Assembly: GCA_964537915.1 (NCBI GenBank)
Contig: CAZIDM010000007.1
Span: 8,879 to 72,878 of the forward strand
Source: an uncultured Dehalococcoidia bacterium
GTDB taxonomy: Bacteria; Chloroflexota; Dehalococcoidia; Lucifugimonadales; UBA1123
Reading direction: 5' to 3'
DNA: 64,000 bases
The translations under genes were made by a program, and so were the position numbers. The notes beneath the pieces were generated by a model. The model did no database searches, was not told where the DNA came from, and was given only the letters and a program-made list of their open reading frames with translations. Positions 17,011 through 26,681 of this stretch are shown piece by piece (the stretch's first letter is position 1; each line of letters starts with the position of its first letter).

Positions 17011-17816
17011 GGATGCTCGACACGGTCTACCTGTATGGGCGGTTCCTGTCAGTCTCGGTGCGGAGCCAGATGCAGTACCGGGCGTCGTTCGTCATGCTGG
17101 CGATCGGGTACATGGTCACGACAGGACTGGAGTTCGTGGCGATCCTGGTGCTGTTCGACCGGTTCGGGTCGCTCGTCGGCTGGAAGCTGCACGAGGTGGC
17201 GTTCATCTACGGACTGGTGAACATCTCGTTCGCGTTCGCTGACGCCATGTCGAGGGGATTCGACATGTTCGGATCGATGGTGAAGTCGGGCGAGTTCGAC
17301 AGGCTGCTCACGCGTCCGAGATCGACCGCGCTGCAGCTCGCGGGTCAGGAGCTGACGCTGAGGCGCGTCGGGCGGCTCGCACAGGGGCTGACAGTGCTGG
17401 TGTGGGCGAGTGTCGGGCTGGAGCTGGACTGGTCGGTGATCGAGGTCGGACTGATGCTGGGCACAGTTGCGGGCGGAATCTGCCTGTTCATGGGTCTGGT
17501 GGTGTTGCAGGCGACGCTGGCGTTCTGGACGACGGAGACGCTCGAGATAATGAACACGGTCACGTACGGCGGAGTGGAGACGACTCAGTACCCGATATCG
17601 ATATACCACCCGTGGTTCAGGCGGCTGTTCACGTTCGGGGTGCCGCTGGCGTGCGTCAGCTACTTCCCGTCCCTGGCGATCATGGGAGTGCCGGACCCGC
17701 TGGGGTCGCCTAGCTGGTTCGGGTACGTCTGCCCCGTCATAGGAGTCGCCTTCCTGGCGGTCGCGCTGCAGGTGTGGAAGTTCGGCGTCCGGCACTACCT
17801 GTCAACCGGGAGCTAG
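17007..17816 (+). CDS. ABC-2 family transporter permease (second subunit)
   Basis: From Met 127 of ORF 16629..17816 (MRMLDTVYLYGRFLSV...) the product is hydrophobic and multi-TM. The upstream part of the ORF is Arg/Ala-rich off-frame text. Confidence 0.8.
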   Translation: MRMLDTVYLYGRFLSVSVRSQMQYRASFVMLAIGYMVTTGLEFVAILVLFDRFGSLVGWKLHEVAFIYGLVNISFAFADAMSRGFDMFGSMVKSGEFDRLLTRPRSTALQLAGQELTLRRVGRLAQGLTVLVWASVGLELDWSVIEVGLMLGTVAGGICLFMGLVVLQATLAFWTTETLEIMNTVTYGGVETTQYPISIYHPWFRRLFTFGVPLACVSYFPSLAIMGVPDPLGSPSWFGYVCPVIGVAFLAVALQVWKFGVRHYLSTGS

Positions 17817-17860
17817 TACTGAGTCCAGATGAGAATGACAGTTGACTTGCCCCAGCCGTC

Positions 17861-17907
17861 ATACCGGCGAAGGAACGTCACCCCGTACTTCGATACGGGG
17901 CCGGTAT
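17861..17907. repeat. nested REP-like hairpin
   Basis: ataccggc...ccccgtacttcgatacgggg...gccggtat. Confidence 0.6.
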
Positions 17908-18040
17908 CCAGAGTTCGCGGCCGGTCGCCATGTATCAGAACCATCTGGACACTGTACTAGAGGGAAGCCACCCTCATAGATCTTCAACCACAGCGCCAGT
18001 CCCAACACGTGACGCCGCTCAGCGATGCTATTCAAACGTC

Positions 18041-18049
18041 TGATATAAT
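18041..18049 (+). promoter_or_regulatory. extended -10 promoter element (TGATATAAT)
   Basis: TGnTATAAT consensus at 18041-18049. No good -35 element is present. Confidence 0.45.
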
Positions 18050-18054
18050 TGGTA

Positions 18055-18127
18055 TGTCCCGTTAGGGACATTTGAACTGCGTCTCCGTTGGAGGCACTTG
18101 ACTCCGGGCCCCGTTGGGGCCCTTTTT
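18055..18127 (+). ncRNA. candidate ~70-nt structured leader or small RNA (three hairpins with GUU(A) loops, the last being a terminator)
   Basis: Hairpins are tgtccc-gtta-gggaca (18055-18070), gtctcc-gtt-ggaggc (18081-18095) and gggcccc-gtt-ggggccc (18106-18122) followed by TTTTT. The NYN gene starts 22 nt later. Confidence 0.45.
18106..18127 (+). terminator. rho-independent terminator
   Basis: A 7-bp all-G/C stem, a GUU triloop and a U5 tract. Confidence 0.7.
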
Positions 18128-18149
18128 GTTGCCCAGGTGATCTGTCGAG

Positions 18150-18818
18150 ATGTCCGAATCGTATGTAGGGTTTATAGATGCGGGGTACCTGAGAGCCGAA
18201 GGTGCAAGGGCGCTTGGCACGAGAGCAGCAGCCGTTCGACCTGACGCCGCAGCCATTGCAGACTGGTTTGCTAATAAGCCAAGTAATGAGTTGTATGAAC
18301 AGTCATTTCTCCGTGCATACTGGTACGACGGAGCATTTGACCCATGGCACCCTGAGTATGATGGGCAGAGGCGATTCTTCGATGCCATTGCTCACACGCC
18401 CGGTATCCAATTGCGGCTTGGACACATCGCGGAGCGACAGTCTCGTCTGGAGAACCCCATACGCCACGCACTACGAACCACGGCGGAAGGACTAGGAATC
18501 GACCCGGACCAGCTTGTCGGGGAATTTGATAAGAATTGGACTTTCTACCCCGACCGGCAGCAGAAGGGAGTCGACACTCTGATCGCACTGGATATGGTGC
18601 GTCTCGCAGGTCGCTCGGTATTCCAGACCGCAATCCTGATCGCCGGCGATCGAGATCTCTCAGAGGTCGTCCGAACTGTGCAGGACTACGGCGTCCGTGT
18701 GTTGATTGCCACTCCGAACCGCTCCAGCGTTGCCAGTGAGATACTTCAACTCGCGGATGACGTCGTTGACATCGGCGAGGAAGTTCTTCGCACAATGCTG
18801 CCCAGCCGTCCCACGTAG
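18150..18818 (+). CDS. NYN-domain (LabA/DUF88-like) protein
   Basis: VGFIDAGYL...QKGVDTLIALDMV...AILIAGDRDLSEVVRTVQDYGVRVLIA. Confidence 0.8.
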   Translation: MSESYVGFIDAGYLRAEGARALGTRAAAVRPDAAAIADWFANKPSNELYEQSFLRAYWYDGAFDPWHPEYDGQRRFFDAIAHTPGIQLRLGHIAERQSRLENPIRHALRTTAEGLGIDPDQLVGEFDKNWTFYPDRQQKGVDTLIALDMVRLAGRSVFQTAILIAGDRDLSEVVRTVQDYGVRVLIATPNRSSVASEILQLADDVVDIGEEVLRTMLPSRPT

Positions 18819-18865
18819 GATCGGTCAGTCCCGGCGCGAGTGGCTTTCAAGTCATGTGTTCGTCG

Positions 18866-20325
18866 TTACCGCTCGTGGAAGAAGACTATGTCGTCGGCGA
18901 AGGGTTTGGGGTAGTCTTCGGATCCGGCCAGGCCGATCTGGCCGCGGCCGGTTACGTTGTTCCTGGCGCCGTCCATGCGTGGGTCGACGTAGGTGTCGTA
19001 CCAGGCTTCGAGGTCGGACCTCAAGCCTGAGACGCGCCCGGCGTGTGCGGACTCGTCGACCAGGTTGCGGCTCTCCAGAGGGTCGTTGACGAGGTCGTAG
19101 AGCTCGTTCGGGCCGTCTGGGTAGCGGTGGACGTACTTCCAGCGCTGCGTGCGGATCATTCGCGTGGGGCCGTACTCGTCCAGCACGTAGACCGGAGTGT
19201 CACCAGCCATCGACTCCCCCCTGAGCACGGGTGAGAAGTCCCGGCCGGGAAGCGGCTGGTCTGAGTCAGCCTCTAGCCCGAGATATCCGAGGAACGTGGG
19301 CATGAAGTCGTACTGGCTGAGCAGCCTGTCACAGACGAGGTCCTGCGGGACGTGTCCGGGCCGGGAGACCAGGGTCGGGACTTTCACGGCGGTGTCGAAC
19401 ATGTTGGGCGGGTATGTGCCGTTGCCCTTGCCCCAGATGCCGTGGTGTCCCATGTTCATGCCGTTGTCAGCGTTGAAGACGACGAGGGTGTTCTCCCGCA
19501 GTCCGTTCTCTTCGAGCCAGTCGAGCAGACGGCCAATGTTCCTGTCCATCTCGGTGACGGCCGCGAAGTAGCCGCTCAGGGCAAGTCTGCGATTCTCTGG
19601 CGTGTCGCCGAGGGTGGCCGCGCGGGCTCCTTGTCGAGCTGGCTGCGATGAATCGGCTCGTCGGGGACGGAGTCGAACGCGCACTCGTCGTGGTACCTGT
19701 TGAAGACGTCGGCGGGATGGTGCTCCCTGCCCCACGGCGCGTGCGGCGCGGTGTAGTGGACGTTCAGCGAAAACGGCGCGTCGGAGTCGAGCTGCGCGTC
19801 GAGGAACTCAAGGGCGTGGTCAGTGATGACGTCGGTGACGTAGCCGTCGGGCTGGTAGAAGGTCCCGTCCTCGATCATGGGAGCGCGGTAGTAGTTGCCG
19901 CCGCCTGAAGCGTGGACGTTCCAGTAGTCGAATCCGAGCTGGGGCAAGGCGGCGTGTCCAAGGTGCCACTTGCCGCTCAGCCCGCAGGAGTAGCCGTTCT
20001 CAGCGAGGACCTCGATGTAGGACCTGCGTCCGCGCATGTACTCGATCTCGACGCCGTCCTGAGGCAGGTGCACGGAGTTGCCCTTTCTCAGGAAGTCCTG
20101 GACGCCGTGCTGGGACGGGATCTGGCCGGTGAGAATGGAGGCGCGAGCGGGCGAGCAGACCGGGGAAGCGCAGAAGAAGTTCTCGAACCTGATCCCCGTG
20201 GCCGCGATGCGGTCGAGGTTGGGAGTGTCGAGCTCGTCGTTGCCGGCGCAGCCCATCGCCCATGCGCCCTGGTCGTCGCTGAGTATAAAGACGATGTTCG
20301 GAGTCTGTGTGTCGGTGCTTGCCAT
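18866..20325 (-). pseudogene. sulfatase (formylglycine type) interrupted by a frameshift near 19600-19650
   Basis: The N-terminal part, from ATG 20325, reads NIVFILSDDQGAWA...CASPVCSPARASILTG (CxPxR motif) and ends at 19576. The C-terminal part (LALSGYFAAVTEMDRNIGRLLDWL...VVFNADNGMNMGHHG) continues in another frame (ORF 18866..19735). The two ORFs overlap by 160 nt. Confidence 0.8.
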
Positions 20326-20330
20326 GATGA

Positions 20331-21539
20331 CTAGATCTCCACGCCGAGGGCGCTGGCCACGGTATCCATGTCCTTGTCTCCTCGTCCGCTGAGTCCGAGC
20401 AGGATGACCTGCTCGCGGTCGAGCCTGGGGGCGAGCTGCGATACGTAGTAGAGCGCGTGTGAGGGCTCCAGCGCGGGGATGATGCCCTCGGTGCTGCACA
20501 GAAGCTGGAATCCTTCGAGAGCCTGGGCGTCGGTGACGTTTACGTACTCTGCCCTGCCGGTGTCCTTGAGCCAGCTATGCTCAGGGCCGACACCAGGGTA
20601 GTCGAGTCCGGCGGATATGCTGTGCGGCTCGTGGACCTGCCCATCTTCGTCCTGGAGCAGGTACGACATGCTCCCGTGCAGTACGCCGACCAGCCCGGCG
20701 GTGAGGGTAGCGGCGTGCTCGCCTGTCTCAACTCCGAGTCCTCCGGCCTCGACTCCCACCAGCTTCACGCTCTCGTCCTTGACGAACTCGTGGAACAGAC
20801 CCATCGCGTTGGAGCCGCCTCCGACGCAGGCGACGGCGTAGTCGGGAAGCCTGCCGATTGTGGACATCATCTGCTCGCGCGCCTCGCGACCTATGATGGC
20901 CTGGAAATCGCGCACCATCATCGGATACGGATGCGGACCGACGACGCTTCCTATGGTGTAGTGAGTCGTCTCGACGTTCGTGACCCAGTCGCGGATCGTC
21001 TCGTTGATGGCGTCCTTGAGAGTCCGGCTGCCGCTGGTGACGGACCTGACCTCAGCGCCGAGCAGACGCATCCTGAACACGTTGAGCGCCTGGCGACGGA
21101 TGTCCTCCTCGCCCATGTAGACGATGCACTCCTGTCCGAGCATGGAGCAGACGGTGGCGGTGGCGACGCCGTGCTGTCCGGCGCCTGTCTCCGCGATGAT
21201 GCGGCGCTTGCCCATCCGCTGTGCGAGCAGGCCCTGTCCCAGCGCGTTGTTGATCTTGTGAGCCCCGGTGTGGGCGAGGTCCTCGCGCTTGATGAAGATG
21301 CGCGCCCCGCCGAGCTCGCGGGTCAGGTTCTCGGCGTAGTAGAGCGTGGTCGGCCTGCCGACGTAGTCGCGCGACAGGGACTGCAGCCTGGCCTGGAACT
21401 CCTCGTCGGCCTGGGCGGCGCGGTACTCGGCCTCGAGCTCGTGGATCGCGCCCATGAGCGTCTCCGGGACGAACCTGCCTCCGAACTGGCCGAAGCGTCC
21501 TCTCTCGTCTGGTAGGGTCTCCTGTAAAGTCTGCGTCAT
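20331..21539 (-). CDS. trpB: tryptophan synthase beta chain
   Basis: [16 protein letters not shown]...[22 protein letters not shown]...GGGSNAMG. Start taken at MTQTLQ. No trpA lies adjacent. Confidence 0.9.
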   Translation of the reverse strand: MTQTLQETLPDERGRFGQFGGRFVPETLMGAIHELEAEYRAAQADEEFQARLQSLSRDYVGRPTTLYYAENLTRELGGARIFIKREDLAHTGAHKINNALGQGLLAQRMGKRRIIAETGAGQHGVATATVCSMLGQECIVYMGEEDIRRQALNVFRMRLLGAEVRSVTSGSRTLKDAINETIRDWVTNVETTHYTIGSVVGPHPYPMMVRDFQAIIGREAREQMMSTIGRLPDYAVACVGGGSNAMGLFHEFVKDESVKLVGVEAGGLGVETGEHAATLTAGLVGVLHGSMSYLLQDEDGQVHEPHSISAGLDYPGVGPEHSWLKDTGRAEYVNVTDAQALEGFQLLCSTEGIIPALEPSHALYYVSQLAPRLDREQVILLGLSGRGDKDMDTVASALGVEI

Positions 21540-21701
21540 AGGTTGATGTCCTGGGTCATGATGTAACGTGTGTCGGCAGTGTTGATTATACGCATGGACT
21601 GGGATGAGCGGACAGAGGGCGGATGTGTCCACCCCAGGCAGGATAGTCAGAGCAGGGAACGTGGGCTAAAATACCGCGAGAAGAAAGGGGGAGCAGCAAG
21701 C

Positions 21702-22283
21702 ATGGTCAGACCCACTGAACGGACGCGGATCAGGAACCACCCGGAGAGGGCCGTTCTTGAGGAGACGGCGCAGATACTGTCCGACGGGATGGTTGCGCAC
21801 GTGGGGTTCATCGAAGACGGGATGCCATACGTGATCCCCTTCTCGTACCACTTTGACCAGGCGACGCCTGATCTGCTCTACCTGCACGGCTCCGTCCGCA
21901 GCAGGGCGATGAAGCTTCTGGCGACCGGTGTTCCGGTCTGTGTGACGGTGACGCTCACCGACGGTCTCGTGTACTCGCGCAAGGCGATGAACCACTCGAT
22001 GAACTATCGCAGCGCGGTGGTGTTCGGCACCGGCAGAGAGGTGATGGACGAGTCTGAGAAGTCGGAGATCTTCGACGACATGGTGCAGCGGTACTTCCCT
22101 GGTCGAACCCTGGGAAGCGACTACAACGTCCCCCCACCCGCCGACCTCGGCGTCACCACACTGATCGAGGTGCGGATCGAAGACTGGAGCGGCAAGGCCC
22201 GGCGCGGAGGCCCAACGGGCCCCGACGACGACGACCCCAACGCCCTCGGCTCAGCAGGCGTAATCGACTTCAGAGAGGTCTAG
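21702..22283 (+). CDS. pyridoxamine 5'-phosphate oxidase-family (flavin-binding) protein
   Basis: RIRNHPERAVLEE...GMVAHVGFIEDGMPYVIPFSY...LYLHGSVRSR...NYRSAVVFG. Confidence 0.75.
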   Translation: MVRPTERTRIRNHPERAVLEETAQILSDGMVAHVGFIEDGMPYVIPFSYHFDQATPDLLYLHGSVRSRAMKLLATGVPVCVTVTLTDGLVYSRKAMNHSMNYRSAVVFGTGREVMDESEKSEIFDDMVQRYFPGRTLGSDYNVPPPADLGVTTLIEVRIEDWSGKARRGGPTGPDDDDPNALGSAGVIDFREV

Positions 22284-22315
22284 GGCCGGAGACCGCAGCA
22301 CCGGGCGAGGTACTC

Positions 22316-23995
22316 CTAGCCGCCCCTCGCCTGCGGCTCACTGTCTGGAGACTCATCCTCTTGAGAGGTTTGCACTTCGGGCGCGGGTTCAACTTCGGGT
22401 TCGACCGGCCGCGGGGTGCTGGGGTTGCTGCTGAATACCCTCGCAACTGGACTGACTAATCGGTGGTCTTTGAATCTGACCACCAAGAAGACAACCACCG
22501 CGATGGCCGCCCAGATCGGGCTGAACGTAGCGATCCAAATCAACACGGTGCCGATCACCTGCAATACCGCTGACAGCGCCCTGCTCGCGTCCCTGAAGTT
22601 CTTACCCGCGCTCCACCCGGCGATTACAAGTCCCTCCGACTCCTCCACACGCACCCCGAAGGCGGACGACCCGATTACCTCTCCGGCGTCGCTGTCAGCA
22701 GTTACGGTGAAGACTACCCGGTAAGCCTGCGGACGATGGTTGTCGAATGCGTGCGTCACGGTGATCCTGGACTCGCCCGGCTCCGGGCTGCCAGTTACCG
22801 GGGCAGTGCCGTCGCCGAAGTCCCAGGTGTAACGGAAGTTGGCCAACTCGTCCGACCTCGTGAAGGAGCCCGTGTACTCGGCACTCTGACCCTGTTCGAC
22901 GGTGCGGTCGGAGCCAGCATACGACTCGATGGTTGGAACCTTCTTGACGGTCGTTCTGAGCGTGGCTAAGCCTATTGCCAGACCCGCGTCGCCGGTGCCG
23001 GTGATCTTCAGCCGGACTATGTAGGGGGAGTCGATGTCGCTCTCGTAGACGTGACTGACCGTCGCCGTAACGTGCTGACCGGAGGCCGTGGTTGGAGCGT
23101 GTCCTGTCCCTGTGACCGGCGGAGAGTGGTCTCCGAAGTCCCAGCTGAACGAGAACTCTTCAATCCCCGGAGGTGGCGTGAAGTGCGCCTGGAACCTCGC
23201 CGGCTCCCCTGCCCTCACCACACGGTCGCCACCCGCGTCCACGGGCAGGATGGTCGGGGGAAGCTCAACTCTGACGTTTATGAGGGAGAACGCGGCCGTC
23301 TCCTCCATGTACCTGATCCGGCCAAGCATGGCCTCGATATCGGACTGGACAGTCGCCAGTTGGTTCTGCACGTCCAGAGCATCTTCCACCTCGATTGCAC
23401 GTTCAAACAGGCTCAGCAGCGCCTGCTCGGTGGCTCTGAGGCTGGCCAGTCTCGACTTCGTGTCGACGTAGTCGTCGGTCACGTCCTGGCTGCTGGACAG
23501 CTCCGACACCACCTCGATACCCACGTCCCTGATACCAAAGACCGCCTCGTCGAGCGCCTGCGCCGGCACACGCACAGACACAAGGGCGTCATGCTTCGAG
23601 GTCCTCTCGGACGATACGACCCATCCTCCGAACTGGCGTGCCACTGCGGCGATTTCGTCGACTGACATTGCGACGTTCTCAACGACAAGTTCCAGGTCGA
23701 CGGTCCTGATGATGACGCGCTGCTGCTGCACCAGGGCGGCCTGGACCCTGTTCAGGTCGAATCCGCCCGGCCCCTGCGCTGCTTCCATAGCCGCTGCCGG
23801 AGCGGGTGCTGCGGGTGCAGGCGCAGGACTCTGGGCCTGCTGTTCAGAAGCCTGGACGGCAGGTGCGGCGGCTGGCGCCGCCGGAGCCGCGGGAGCGGGG
23901 GCCGGGGCTTCCTGCGAAGAGCTGCAGGCCGCAGCAAGTCCCACCAGAACTGCAACGAGCACGACTGACAGTGCTATGTGGGTCAGTCTACGCAT
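22316..23995 (-). CDS. lipoprotein with a DUF4349 domain, two PKD-like domains and a C-terminal TM anchor
   Basis: Lipobox LAAAC. The DUF4349-like block reads VIIRTVDLELVVENVAMSVDEI...SRLASLRATEQALLSL. Two WDFGD(G/H) PKD signatures are present, followed by a hydrophobic C-terminal segment. Confidence 0.7.
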   Translation of the reverse strand: MRRLTHIALSVVLVAVLVGLAAACSSSQEAPAPAPAAPAAPAAAPAVQASEQQAQSPAPAPAAPAPAAAMEAAQGPGGFDLNRVQAALVQQQRVIIRTVDLELVVENVAMSVDEIAAVARQFGGWVVSSERTSKHDALVSVRVPAQALDEAVFGIRDVGIEVVSELSSSQDVTDDYVDTKSRLASLRATEQALLSLFERAIEVEDALDVQNQLATVQSDIEAMLGRIRYMEETAAFSLINVRVELPPTILPVDAGGDRVVRAGEPARFQAHFTPPPGIEEFSFSWDFGDHSPPVTGTGHAPTTASGQHVTATVSHVYESDIDSPYIVRLKITGTGDAGLAIGLATLRTTVKKVPTIESYAGSDRTVEQGQSAEYTGSFTRSDELANFRYTWDFGDGTAPVTGSPEPGESRITVTHAFDNHRPQAYRVVFTVTADSDAGEVIGSSAFGVRVEESEGLVIAGWSAGKNFRDASRALSAVLQVIGTVLIWIATFSPIWAAIAVVVFLVVRFKDHRLVSPVARVFSSNPSTPRPVEPEVEPAPEVQTSQEDESPDSEPQARGG

Positions 23996-24035
23996 CTGGC
24001 CTGGTTCTCCTCTCACCACACACCGTCGCCCCGCT

Positions 24036-24145
24036 TACAGGGGTAGGTATTCGAGGTTTTCGCCCTCACCCCCAGGAGAGGGGATCCGTTGGTGGCTGTT
24101 CATGCTTGTTTAACTACCCCTACCCACCCCTGTCAGCCATCGCCC
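24036..24145. repeat. REP-like array
   Basis: caggggtaggtat...ccctcacccccaggagagggg...cccctacccacccctgtcagcc. Related copies lie at 26720-26890 and 52070-52135. Confidence 0.7.
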
Positions 24146-24202
24146 CGGGAGAGTCGATCATAGTCCATGCTCAAGGTTACTGCCACATCCTGAATTTCCG
24201 CC

Positions 24203-24359
24203 TCAGGGTCTTTTCGTCTTCGCCTCGTCGCAAGTCTCTCGTTCGCCCTGTTGAAAATCCGCCGGGGCGGGAGCTTGTCGAAGGGCCGTCCGTTCATGGT
24301 TCGACAAGCTCACCACGAACGGACTACTCAGGTGACACTCGAAAACGAAAAGACCCTGA
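24203..24359. repeat. ~157-bp long-hairpin (MITE-like) element, copy 1
   Basis: The termini tcagggtcttttcgt / acgaaaagaccctga are perfectly complementary over 15 nt. The inner stem is gagcttgtcgaa / ttcgacaagctc. Homologous copies lie at 52165-52300 and 63106-63335. Confidence 0.85.
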
Positions 24360-24452
24360 TATCGACCTACTGCGGGATAACAGCAAGGTTCACGGAATTC
24401 AGATAGAGCAGAGAGCAGGCCGAAAGTTGTCTGCCTGCACCTGGGTGCGCGC

Positions 24453-24653
24453 CTAGCTCGGTTTGAGCGTGCCGTCGGGTTGGAGGATGTGGAGGCGGGT
24501 GCAATGGTCGCATGAGTATACGGTGCCCTCACTCCCGACGTCGGGGCGGTCCACCAGGAAGAAGTACCGCTTCATGTATCCCGGTCGGCCGGCACATCCA
24601 ACGCCTTGACACCTCGAGATCAGCTCTTTCATGTGAGCAGGTTCTGCAGTCAT
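24453..24653 (-). CDS. small Cys-rich hypothetical protein (possible zinc ribbon)
   Basis: 66 aa with a strong SD (AGGAGGAG) 9 nt upstream. It carries paired Cys motifs CQGVGC and CDHC. Confidence 0.5.
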   Translation of the reverse strand: MTAEPAHMKELISRCQGVGCAGRPGYMKRYFFLVDRPDVGSEGTVYSCDHCTRLHILQPDGTLKPS

Positions 24654-24675
24654 GGTTATCCACTCCTCCTGAGGG

Positions 24676-24855
24676 CTAGCCTCCCAAAATCGGAAAACCT
24701 TCGAGGTAGTCCATCTGCACCAGTTCGACGTTGGGGGCCTGGCGGGAGAGTTCGCGCTCTATGGGCTCCATGTCCGTTGGACTCGTGACCGGCGAGTTCC
24801 GGTCGATATAGGCATCGAAATAGACGACCAGCCTGTATGTAGATACGCCCATCAT
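24676..24855 (-). CDS. unlisted 59-aa ORF ending in Gly-Gly, translationally coupled to the aldo/keto reductase
   Basis: Translated by hand: MMGVSTYRLVVYFDAYIDRNSPVTSPTDMEPIERELSRQAPNVELVQMDYLEGFPILGG*. Its ATG overlaps the AKR stop (ATGA). Its composition looks more protein-like than the Arg-rich listed ORF 24656..24865. Confidence 0.45.
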   Translation of the reverse strand: MMGVSTYRLVVYFDAYIDRNSPVTSPTDMEPIERELSRQAPNVELVQMDYLEGFPILGG

Positions 24856-25841
24856 GATCCTCCAAACCCGGCCCAGACCTCCGGCAGGCGGGCCATCGCC
24901 TCAGCCGGGAGTTGGCCTTTAGCGGCGAAGTCGATTGCCTGCTCCAGGTGCTCCAGGCTCGAATAGCCCACCAGCACGCTGCTCACCCCATCGTTGCCCA
25001 GGGCGAACTGCAGCGAGGCCTCCACCAGGTTGTCCACGTATCCCTCCCGCACCAGGAACCGGAATCCGTCTGCCCTCGACAGGTCCTGGCCGTAGTCGCG
25101 ACCCGAACCAATGGGATCGACAGCCGGGACTGCGACGGGATGTCTCGCAGCCTCGCCGGTAAGGGCTCCTGCCGCCAGCACCCGGATCACCAGCACTCCC
25201 ATGCCATTGGCCGATGCGCGCCCGATCTGGTTTCCATAGTCGGGCATGTCGAATCCGGGCGGCACGTCGTTTCCGGCGCTCGGGTTGACCAGGTTGTACA
25301 CCGACTGGATGCAGTTCAGTGCAGCCGCGTCGATGACCCGGTGCAGCGCAGCGGTCTCCCCCACCGCGGTCATCCCTCCGAACCTGACCTTGCCCTGGTC
25401 ACGCAGATCCGTCAGCGCGTCCACGACCTCGCCAAGCGCCTCTTCGGGAGAGACGGAGCCGTCGTCTCCCGTCGACGAGACGTGGTTGTGCATCTGGATC
25501 AGGTCGACATGCTCTCGCTGCAACCGGGTCAGGCTCTCCTCCACAGAGGCGATGACATTGCCCCTGATCTGTCCAGGCTCGTGGGTGGTGACCCGGAACT
25601 TGGTGCCGACGTAGACGTCCGCCGATAGCTCATTCAGCACCCGGCCGAGGTTGGTCTCGGACTCACCATCGCCGTATGAGGGCGCGGTGTCGAAGTAGTT
25701 GATTCCCAGCTCCATGGCACGAGCGACCGCCTTCACCTGGTCCCCGTGCTCGCCCCGGATCATCAGGCCGCCCACATTGCCGCAGCCAAACCCGATTTCG
25801 GAGACCCGAATGCCCGTGTTACCCAAGGGTCGATAGTCCAT
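24852..25841 (-). CDS. aldo/keto reductase
   Basis: From the internal Met: MDYRPLGNTGIRVSEIGFGCGN...GINYFDTAPSYGDGESE...DLIQMHN. Confidence 0.85.
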   Translation of the reverse strand: MDYRPLGNTGIRVSEIGFGCGNVGGLMIRGEHGDQVKAVARAMELGINYFDTAPSYGDGESETNLGRVLNELSADVYVGTKFRVTTHEPGQIRGNVIASVEESLTRLQREHVDLIQMHNHVSSTGDDGSVSPEEALGEVVDALTDLRDQGKVRFGGMTAVGETAALHRVIDAAALNCIQSVYNLVNPSAGNDVPPGFDMPDYGNQIGRASANGMGVLVIRVLAAGALTGEAARHPVAVPAVDPIGSGRDYGQDLSRADGFRFLVREGYVDNLVEASLQFALGNDGVSSVLVGYSSLEHLEQAIDFAAKGQLPAEAMARLPEVWAGFGGS

Positions 25842-25919
25842 AGCATTTCTCCATTCGATCTTCTGTGTGTCCTGATGGTATTCCCATGGTACGGTTGGCG
25901 GCAATAAGGAGGTAACACA

Positions 25920-26681
25920 ATGACAGTAGACGTAAACCTGGAAGGCCAGGTGGCAATCGTGACCGGGGCGGCGCAGGGTATCGGGAGGGGTATTGCCCTT
26001 GTCCTGGCCGAGGCGGGCGCCAGTATCATCATCGGTGACATCCAGGAGGCCACCTCGACGGTGGAGGAGATCCGCCAGGCAGGTGGACAGGCGACCGCCA
26101 TGATCATGGATACAAGCAGTCCCCAGCAGGCCAACTCGATCGTAGACCTGGCGATGCAGGAGTACGGACGCCTGGACATTCTCGTCAACAACGCCGGCAT
26201 AGACGACCCTGACGGATATGCATGGGACCTCTCCGACCACGAGTGGCAGCGGACCATAGACGTCAACCTGAGCGGGGTGTTCTACTGCTCCAGGGCAGCT
26301 CTGGGACCGATGTTGGAAGCTGGCAGCGGGTGCATCGTGAACATCAGCTCCCAGGCATCGAGAGTTGCAAGGAAGGACGGTTCACCTGCCTACAACGCCA
26401 GCAAGGCAGGGCTCATAGGCCTGACCGCCGGATTCTCAGCGCAGGTCGCCGACAGGGGCGTGAGGGTGAACGCCATAATGCCGGGACTGGTCATGTCCAG
26501 AGATTTTGGGTGGACTCCGGAGTATACCGCTGCCCGGCAGAGCCAATATCCCCTGGGTGCGGGACAGCCAAGAGACATCGGCCACACCGTCCTCTACCTC
26601 GTCAGCCCTCTCGCCAGCTGGGTGTCAGGGACTGCGCTCCACGTTACAGGCGGCTACCAGCAGAGCGCCCTCTGGCTCTAG
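25920..26681 (+). CDS. SDR-family oxidoreductase (FabG-like)
   Basis: VAIVTGAAQGIGRGIA...NNAG...catalytic S...YNASK. Confidence 0.9.
   Translation: MTVDVNLEGQVAIVTGAAQGIGRGIALVLAEAGASIIIGDIQEATSTVEEIRQAGGQATAMIMDTSSPQQANSIVDLAMQEYGRLDILVNNAGIDDPDGYAWDLSDHEWQRTIDVNLSGVFYCSRAALGPMLEAGSGCIVNISSQASRVARKDGSPAYNASKAGLIGLTAGFSAQVADRGVRVNAIMPGLVMSRDFGWTPEYTAARQSQYPLGAGQPRDIGHTVLYLVSPLASWVSGTALHVTGGYQQSALWL

Noticed and set aside
14856-17795. Long minus-strand ORFs 14856..15602, 16171..16923 and 17049..17795.
   Set aside because: They are antisense to the ABC ATPase and permease genes. Their Arg/Pro/His-rich composition carries no motifs, so they are shadow ORFs.
24656-24865. Listed 69-aa minus-strand ORF.
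   Set aside because: Its translation is Arg/Gly/Pro-rich. The alternative 59-aa frame is coupled to the AKR stop and has a more protein-like composition.
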